Shown here in pieces: positions 7,701-13,005 of a DNA stretch of 13,005 nt. Positions within the stretch are counted from its first letter, which is position 1, and every line of letters starts with the position of its first letter. The translations under genes and the position numbers were made by a program. The notes under the pieces are model-generated. The model worked only from the letters and a program-made list of their open reading frames with translations, was not told where the DNA came from and did not search any database. Source of the DNA: Candidatus Hadarchaeales archaeon (GTDB lineage: Archaea; Hadarchaeota; Hadarchaeia; Hadarchaeales; Hadarchaeaceae); NCBI GenBank assembly GCA_038872135.1, contig JAVZGN010000024.1:1-13005 (forward strand), read 5' to 3'.

Positions 7701-9029
7701 AAGCTCCCTCACGGTTTTCTCAACAATCACTTTGGCGTTCCCTAGGTAGGCGGAGGGCTGTAAAAATGCTGAGAGTTCCTCTTCAGAAATCCTCCTCGTC
7801 ACTTCCCTCTCCTTCCTGAGGACCTCAAAAAATGAGAGGTTCTGGAGGAGAGCTTTCGCCGTGCAGCGCCTCAAGAGCTTGTGGGCCTCCTGCCTGTTCA
7901 TCCCCCGCTTGGTCAATTCTATCATCAGGGCCTCTGCCATATTGAGCCCTCTCGTCATCTCAAGATTCTTCTCCATTCTTTCTGGGAAAACCCTGAGTCC
8001 CTGAAGAACGAATATCGCGGTCGACAAAATCTCATCGAGGAGGAGAAAAGACTGTGGGAGAAGGATCCTTTCGCAGGATGAATTTGTCAGGTCCCTCTCA
8101 TGCTCTATAACAACATTTTCCAGCGCCGCGGAAACCTGTGACCTGAGAACCCTTGCGATGCCGCAGATTTTCTCACATCTTATGGGGTTGCGCTTCTGTG
8201 GCATCGTGCTACTTCCTATCTGCTTCTCTGCAAAAGGTTCGCTGACCTCTCCTATCTCGGTCCTCTGGAGATTTCTTATTTCCCGGGCAATTTTGTCAAA
8301 GGTGCTCGCCACCAACCCGAAAAATGTGATGAGTTCAGCGAATCTGTCCCTCTGGACTATCTGTGTTGAATCCATCGCCGGCAAAAGCCCCATCTCTTTC
8401 ATCACAAGCTCCTGAATCTTCAGTCCCTTCTCGCCCCAAGCCGCTCCCGTCCCAACTGCCCCGCTCATTTTTCCCACCAGGACTCTCGGCTTGAGCTGTT
8501 GAAGTCTCTCCAAATGCCGCCCAATTTCCGCCGCCCAGATAGCGACCTTCATCCCAAAAGTTATCGGAACCGCATGCTGGCCATGGGTTCTGCCCACCAT
8601 CAATGTGTTTTTGTGCGTGACCGCAAGCTTGAGGAGAATTCTCAAAATCTCTTTCATCTTTTTTTCGATGATAAAAAGTCCATCTCTGATCTGAGTTGCC
8701 ATTGCGGTGTCTAAGATGTCATTGCTCGTTGCACCAAAATGGACATATCTTCCGGCGGGCCCAGCAGCCTCGGCAAGAGCCAAGACCATCGCCATCGTCT
8801 CGTGGTGGACCTCCTTTTCCAGCTGGGAAATTCTCTCCACGCTCACCTTCTTAAGGGAGGCCGCCGAGGCTATTTTCGCTGCATCGGAAGCTGGGATCAT
8901 CCCGAGAGCGGCGAGAGCCTTAGCGAGAGCGGCTTCAACATCCAGCATCCTCTGAAATCTAGAGGTATCGGTGAAAATCTCCCGCATTTCTTTGCTACCA
9001 TATCTCCCTTCTATTGGATGAACCGCCAT
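7683..9029 (-). CDS. purB: Adenylosuccinate lyase
   Basis: RYGS N-terminus, HFGATSNDI, GRTHGQHA, GKMSGAVG and fumarate-lyase signature SSTMPQKRNP, HERDLTNS. Start MAVHPIEGRY at 9029 (GGAG upstream) preferred over 9059. Confidence 0.96.
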   Translation of the reverse strand: MAVHPIEGRYGSKEMREIFTDTSRFQRMLDVEAALAKALAALGMIPASDAAKIASAASLKKVSVERISQLEKEVHHETMAMVLALAEAAGPAGRYVHFGATSNDILDTAMATQIRDGLFIIEKKMKEILRILLKLAVTHKNTLMVGRTHGQHAVPITFGMKVAIWAAEIGRHLERLQQLKPRVLVGKMSGAVGTGAAWGEKGLKIQELVMKEMGLLPAMDSTQIVQRDRFAELITFFGLVASTFDKIAREIRNLQRTEIGEVSEPFAEKQIGSSTMPQKRNPIRCEKICGIARVLRSQVSAALENVVIEHERDLTNSSCERILLPQSFLLLDEILSTAIFVLQGLRVFPERMEKNLEMTRGLNMAEALMIELTKRGMNRQEAHKLLRRCTAKALLQNLSFFEVLRKEREVTRRISEEELSAFLQPSAYLGNAKVIVEKTVRELSKLLR

Positions 9030-9078
9030 CTTCCGCTCCAACTCCACAGGTTTCCTCATAAAATAAAGCTTTTGAAGA

Positions 9079-10125
9079 TCAATCGATCACTTCAAGGCGG
9101 GAAAGGGCCTTCCTCTGCTCTGGCGTTATTTCAATCGGATGGGGTCGCTCCATGATCTCGGCTTTTTTTGCTTCCCCAAAAAGGAGGGTGGAGAAATACC
9201 TAAAACCGTGGTCGTTCAGCATCGTCACAATTCTCTTCAGCTCCGGATGCTTTCTGTGAAGCTTCAGACAGCACTCAACATTTGCGCCGCTCGAAATCCC
9301 AACAAAAAGACCCTCATCCCTCGCTATTCTCTTGGTCATCCAGATTGCCCTTTCAGAGGAAACTGTGATCACCCCATCCATGAGCGAAAGATCTAAAATT
9401 GAAGGAATGAAACCATCGCCTATCCCCTCGATGTTGTGACTGCCCCACTGCTGCTTGGAGAGAACCGGGCATTCAGAGGGCTCGCACACATATACTTTTA
9501 CATTTGGATCTTTCTTCTTCAGATATTTTGCAACCCCTGTGATGGTGCCACCGGTTCCAGCAGTAGCCACAAAAGCGTCTATTTTCCCCTCCATCTGCTC
9601 CCAGATCTCTGGCCCAGTTGTTTCATAGTGGGCCCGAACATTCATTGGGTTGTTGAACTGGTCGACCCAGAAGTAGTGGTCGGGGTCTGAGCTTACCAGC
9701 TCCCTCGCCTGCCTAAGGGCGAGATCAACATCAGATTCAGCGCCTGGAACCGTGAGAATCTTGGCTCCAAATGCCCTTATCGCCTTCATCCTCTCCTCGC
9801 TCATTCCCTCAGGGATGATGATCAGCACAGGAAAACCGAAGTATGCCCCAAACATTGCTGTGGAAATTCCTGTGTTCCCAGTGGTGCTTTCGACAATCGT
9901 CATCCCCGGCCTCAGCTTTCCCTCGGAAATGGCCTGTGTTAGAATCTTCACCAAAATTCTGTCCTTCAGGCTGCCCGAGGGGTTCATGAACTCCGCCTTC
10001 CCGAAGAGCTCGAGATCGGGAAAGCCCGCAAGCTTCGGTAGTCTGTTGAACCTTATGAGCGGGGTGTTTCCAACGAGCTCGGTTAAGCTTTCCACGGGCT
10101 TCCTGAACTGCTCCACTTCACGCAC
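9079..10125 (-). CDS. PLP-dependent cysteine synthase / cystathionine beta-synthase family enzyme
   Basis: VGNTPL, KAEFMNPSGSLKDR (PLP lysine), STTGNTG, QFNNP, GTGGT, HNIEGIG, GISSGA. Start GTG 10125 or TTG 10128. Exact activity cannot be called. Confidence 0.9.
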   Translation of the reverse strand: MREVEQFRKPVESLTELVGNTPLIRFNRLPKLAGFPDLELFGKAEFMNPSGSLKDRILVKILTQAISEGKLRPGMTIVESTTGNTGISTAMFGAYFGFPVLIIIPEGMSEERMKAIRAFGAKILTVPGAESDVDLALRQARELVSSDPDHYFWVDQFNNPMNVRAHYETTGPEIWEQMEGKIDAFVATAGTGGTITGVAKYLKKKDPNVKVYVCEPSECPVLSKQQWGSHNIEGIGDGFIPSILDLSLMDGVITVSSERAIWMTKRIARDEGLFVGISSGANVECCLKLHRKHPELKRIVTMLNDHGFRYFSTLLFGEAKKAEIMERPHPIEITPEQRKALSRLEVID

Positions 10126-10128
10126 CAA

Positions 10129-10158
10129 TTATTATAATAGGTGGCTTAAATAAATGAG
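10129..10158. promoter_or_regulatory. 30-bp bidirectional promoter between the cysteine synthase-like gene and the beta-propeller gene
   Basis: Palindromic TATTATAATA at 10130-10139 and CTTAAATAAA at 10145-10154, each about 20-28 bp from the opposite start codon. Confidence 0.5.
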
Positions 10159-11364
10159 ATGAAAGTAGCGGTCATCGTCGTCCTGCTCCTTCTCTCGGCG
10201 GCAGGGGTGACGGAAGGCTGGGAAGCATTCAGAGGTGATGTGGAAAGGAGGGGCTACTCACCCACAGAAACTGTGCCCCCGACACCGGAAATTGCTTGGA
10301 CGACATTTGCCGATGCCCCATCCTCGCCGGTGGTTGGAGGACTTCTGGTTTTTGTAGGAACAGGAGATGGTGAGCTTCTCGCCCTGGAGGCCCACAGCGA
10401 TCGCCCTGTTTGGAGATTCAAGGCAGGAGATCAAATATCAACCCCCACCTACTCAAATGGGAGGATCTACTTTGGATCGAGGGACAACAATGTCTATTGT
10501 GTGAGCGAGGATAACGGCAACCTTCTCTGGAAGTACCAAACAAATGGTCCCATCTACTCCTCGCCTGCTGTGCGTGGGAATGCTGTCTACATCACTTCAA
10601 CTGACAACAATGTTTATGCTCTCAATGCCTCTAACGGCTCACTTTTGTGGAAGAAGGGGCTTGGGGCAAAAATCACATCATCCCCGGCGATCAGCGGGGA
10701 CAGGCTCTATGTGGGGACCTGGAAGGGAACCATGTGTTCTCTCGATGTCTCCACTGGCGAGGTTAAATGGGAATTCCGCCCCGAGATCTCAGGAGAGCGT
10801 GAGAACTATCCAATAGTTTCGACGCCGGCCGTGAAGGGAGAGATTATTTTTTTCGGAAGCAACAACCACTACTTTTACGCCATTAACGCTGCCGGGGAAA
10901 AACTCTGGGAGTTTGAAGCAGGCGATAAAATCCCATCTTCTCCTTCGGTGGCGGAGAATGTTGTTTATTTCGGCGCCGTGGATGGTTATGTGTATTCACT
11001 TTGGGTTGAAAATGGCGATTTGCGATGGAAATTTCAGACAGGGGGAGAAATTCACTCATCTCCTGCAGTGACGGGGAAAGAAGTTGTAATCGGCTCAGCA
11101 GATGGCTATCTCTACAACATCTCGGAAAATGGGGAGCTAAATTGGAAAATCAACGTTGGGGCCATCATGAACAACTCTCCGGCGCTGGCCTATGGAAAGG
11201 TGTTCATAACGACCGCAGATGGAAAAATTTACTGTATTGGGGACTGGGGAAAGCCGGGCGGTGATTATCTCTGGCAGGGGCTTATTTATCTCGGCATCTC
11301 AGCCTTCTTCCTGTTGCTTCTCCTAGCCTACAGACACTTCATACCAGAAAAATCTAGGGGCTAG
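10159..11364 (+). CDS. Secreted, C-terminally membrane-anchored PQQ-like (BamB-type) 8-blade beta-propeller protein
   Basis: Signal peptide MKVAVIVVLLLLSAAG; WEAFRGDVERRG N-terminal motif; eight SSP-x-V...GS-DG-YA...G-W repeats; C-terminal TM helix LWQGLIYLGISAFFLLLLLAY followed by a basic tail. Confidence 0.88.
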   Translation: MKVAVIVVLLLLSAAGVTEGWEAFRGDVERRGYSPTETVPPTPEIAWTTFADAPSSPVVGGLLVFVGTGDGELLALEAHSDRPVWRFKAGDQISTPTYSNGRIYFGSRDNNVYCVSEDNGNLLWKYQTNGPIYSSPAVRGNAVYITSTDNNVYALNASNGSLLWKKGLGAKITSSPAISGDRLYVGTWKGTMCSLDVSTGEVKWEFRPEISGERENYPIVSTPAVKGEIIFFGSNNHYFYAINAAGEKLWEFEAGDKIPSSPSVAENVVYFGAVDGYVYSLWVENGDLRWKFQTGGEIHSSPAVTGKEVVIGSADGYLYNISENGELNWKINVGAIMNNSPALAYGKVFITTADGKIYCIGDWGKPGGDYLWQGLIYLGISAFFLLLLLAYRHFIPEKSRG

Positions 11365-11502
11365 CAATTTCTTGTGCAAAAGGACGGGGAACGAAGTTGC
11401 TACATGACCGTTTGCCCTTCTTGAGATATTTGGTTAAACACCATCGAGCAAAAAGTAAGTTAAATTATTAAAAATAACATGACATAATATGGAACTAACA
11501 TT

Positions 11503-11721
11503 GTGAAAGCAGTGGTGGATCTGGACGAAAGAACAGAGTGGTGAACATTGTAAAAGCAAAGTATGGTCTGAAAGACAAGTCCGAAGCCATCAGAAAAATC
11601 GCGGAAGAATATGAAGAAATGTTGCTCGAACCAGCATTGAGACCAGAATTCATCAAAAAAAATGAAAATTCGTCAAAGGGAAAAAGTCGTTAAAGACCTC
11701 AAGAAAAGATATGGGCTGTGA
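11503..11721 (+). pseudogene. Frameshifted DUF2683-like antitoxin
   Basis: Manual reconstruction across two frameshifts (about 11533 and the A8 run 11655-11662) gives VKAVVDLDER/RVVNIVKAKYGLKDKSEAIRKIAEEYEEMLLEPALRPEFIKK/MKIRQREKVVKDLKKRYGL*, which matches the archaeal DUF2683 pattern from recognition. Stop overlaps the toxin start (TGATG). Confidence 0.75.
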
Positions 11722-11984
11722 TGTACTCGCTGGAGATCAGAGAAAGCGTTGCCCGCAATTTTCGTAAACTTGCGAAGACAAGCGCCAGATGCTGGCCGTG
11801 GTAAAAAAGATAGAACAGGTCTGTGCCAATCCTTACCACTTCAAACCGTTGAGAGCACCTATGCAACATCTGAGGCGGGTGCATGTTGGGGGGTGTTGTT
11901 CTCGTGTACTCGGTAGATGGGAAGCGCAGAGTTGTGACGATAGAGGAATACGCACACCATGATGAGGTTTACCTGCGCAGATGA
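11721..11984 (+). pseudogene. Frameshifted RelE/StbE/YafQ-superfamily toxin
   Basis: Reconstruction across two frameshifts (about 11775 and next to the G6 run 11888-11893) gives MYSLEIRESVARNFRKLA/DKRQMLAVVKKIEQVCANPYHFKPLRAPMQHLRRVHVGG/VLVYSVDGKRRVVTIEEYAHHDEVYLRR*. The KPLR, RRVH and HHDEVY motifs are typical of archaeal RelE-like toxins. Premature TAA at 11802-11804. Confidence 0.8.
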
Positions 11985-12354
11985 GTTCAAGCCCGCCACC
12001 TGTTATCGAGTCCAAAGGTGAAGGCACTAAGAGTACTGATAAACATGAGGCGACTTGATCTGTTGAAAGAGATAAGGGGTAGCATCAGCCTTTAAGTTGA
12101 GCAATGAGACGAACACCAAGTGATATGCGCTCTGAGTAAATGAGCAAATTGGCGAAGAAATCGATGGAGTTATGGTCTACATCGCTGTTTTTGGATTTGA
12201 CCTTCATGAATAAGCTGACAGTTGTTGAAACAACCGTTAACCCGACATCCATCCGACCTGGAAAACTTTTCGGATGAAATGGCTGCTCCGATTCGAAAAG
12301 CTAGGAATTTCCTCATTGCACTTATGCGTGCTCTACATGCATTTGGAATTCCAG

Positions 12355-12448
12355 TGGTGGGGTCGCCGGGATTTGAACCCAGGTCACCGGCTTTTCCGCG
12401 CTCAGCGCCCCGAAGCCGGCAGGATAGACCATGCTACCCCACGACCCC
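12355..12448 (-). tRNA. tRNA-Pro(CGG) with 16-nt intron at 37/38 and encoded CCA
   Basis: Minus strand GGGGTCG TG GGGTAGCATGGTCTATCCT G CCGGC TTCGGG [GCGCTGAGCGCGGAAA] A GCCGG TGAC CTGGG TTCAAAT CCCGG CGACCCC A CCA folds into a full cloverleaf. Confidence 0.96.
12393..12408 (-). other. Archaeal tRNA intron with bulge-helix-bulge motif
   Basis: U32-U33-C34-G35 pairs with intron CGGA (one G-U); 3-nt bulges GG|G and AA|A; intron stem CGC/GCG closes a UGA loop. Confidence 0.9.
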
Positions 12449-12470
12449 GACCAGAACTCTGATTGTCAAG

Positions 12471-12484
12471 TTTAAGAATTTCTG
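12471..12484. promoter_or_regulatory. Shared TATA element between tRNA-Pro and the HAD gene
   Basis: TTTAAG at 12471-12476 reads CTTAAA on the minus strand (preceded by CAGAAATT), 23-28 bp before the tRNA, and is 26-31 bp before ATG 12502 on the plus strand. Confidence 0.45.
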
Positions 12485-12501
12485 CCTGAAAGAAGAAACT
12501 G

Positions 12502-13005
12502 ATGATAAAAGCGGTATCTTTCGACCTTGACGGGACCTTGGTCGATGGAAAATTTGTCGATTCAGTGTGGTTTGAGGAAATCCCGCGCCAATACTCCTTG
12601 AAACATGGAGTTCCTCTGAAAACCGCCCTGAGCAAAATAAAAAGAGAATATGCAGCGGTTGGGGATGGCAGACGGGAGTGGTACGACATAAATTTTTGGA
12701 TAAAAAAATTCAAGCTGGACGTCGACTACCTGCAGATCTTCCGCAACTGCCTTCCTTATCTGAAGTTGCATCAAGATGTCATCCCAGTCCTCAGGAAGTT
12801 AAAAAGGAAATATAAATTGATCCTCGTCACGAACGCCGCGAGAGAATTTCTAGAGTTTGAGATAAAACATCTGAAGATCAGAAAATTTTTCCAATTTACA
12901 TTTTCTTCCATCTCCGATCTTGAAACTATAAGAAAGAATTGGAGGCTTTACCTAAAGGTGGCAAAAATAGTCGGGGTGAAACCGGAAGAAATGGTCCATG
13001 TTGGA
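12502..13005 (+). CDS. HAD-superfamily hydrolase (subfamily IA), truncated by window end
   Basis: Open frame MIKAVSFDLDGTLVD (motif I DxDGT)...LILVTNA (motif II)...RK (motif III)...KPEEMVHVG (start of motif IV). No stop before 13005, so absent from the ORF track. Confidence 0.9.
   Translation, partial: MIKAVSFDLDGTLVDGKFVDSVWFEEIPRQYSLKHGVPLKTALSKIKREYAAVGDGRREWYDINFWIKKFKLDVDYLQIFRNCLPYLKLHQDVIPVLRKLKRKYKLILVTNAAREFLEFEIKHLKIRKFFQFTFSSISDLETIRKNWRLYLKVAKIVGVKPEEMVHVG

Noticed and set aside
10310-11240. Periodic ~120-bp similarity that could suggest a repeat array
   Set aside because: Protein-level beta-propeller blades; no identical nucleotide repeats with spacers, so not CRISPR.
11497-11558. 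15-bp near-direct repeat AACATTGTGAAAGCA / AACATTGTAAAAGCA
   Set aside because: Largely explained by the antitoxin coding VKA twice; only two copies. An operator role cannot be excluded but is unsupported.
12076-12085. GGGGTAGCAT matching the tRNA D-arm in inverted orientation
   Set aside because: Only 10 bp, wrong orientation and wrong tRNA part for an att duplication; compatible with chance.
12140-12277. 45-aa ORF MSKLAKKSMELW...
   Set aside because: No RBS, motif or family resemblance; not supportable as a gene.
12222-12713. ORFs 12222-12530, 12274-12462 and 12402-12713
   Set aside because: They run through the tRNA gene or antisense to the HAD gene.

Overview
Compact archaeal chromosomal window. 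Evidence for Archaea: BRE/TATA promoters, GGTGA/GGAGG ribosome-binding sites, a class III prepilin and a tRNA with a BHB intron. Lineage cannot be fixed from sequence alone; an anaerobic group such as Hadarchaeota or Bathyarchaeia is only a guess. Order: type IV pilin (+), ~350 bp unexplained spacer, hypD (+), a single ORF fusing HypC to a hotdog-fold acyl-CoA thioesterase (+), XdhC/CoxI-family Moco chaperone (-), mre11-rad50 (+, no herA/nurA alongside), purB (-), cysteine synthase-family PLP enzyme (-), secreted membrane-anchored 8-blade PQQ-like beta-propeller (+), a doubly frameshifted DUF2683-like antitoxin / RelE-like toxin pair not shown in the ORF track (+), intron-containing tRNA-Pro(CGG) (-), and a HAD hydrolase running off the window end (+). 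The most striking item is the HypC-thioesterase fusion, which could link acyl-CoA chemistry to [NiFe]-hydrogenase Fe(CN)2CO assembly. That link is a hypothesis, and a ribosome-binding site plus ATG at the domain junction is an important caveat.
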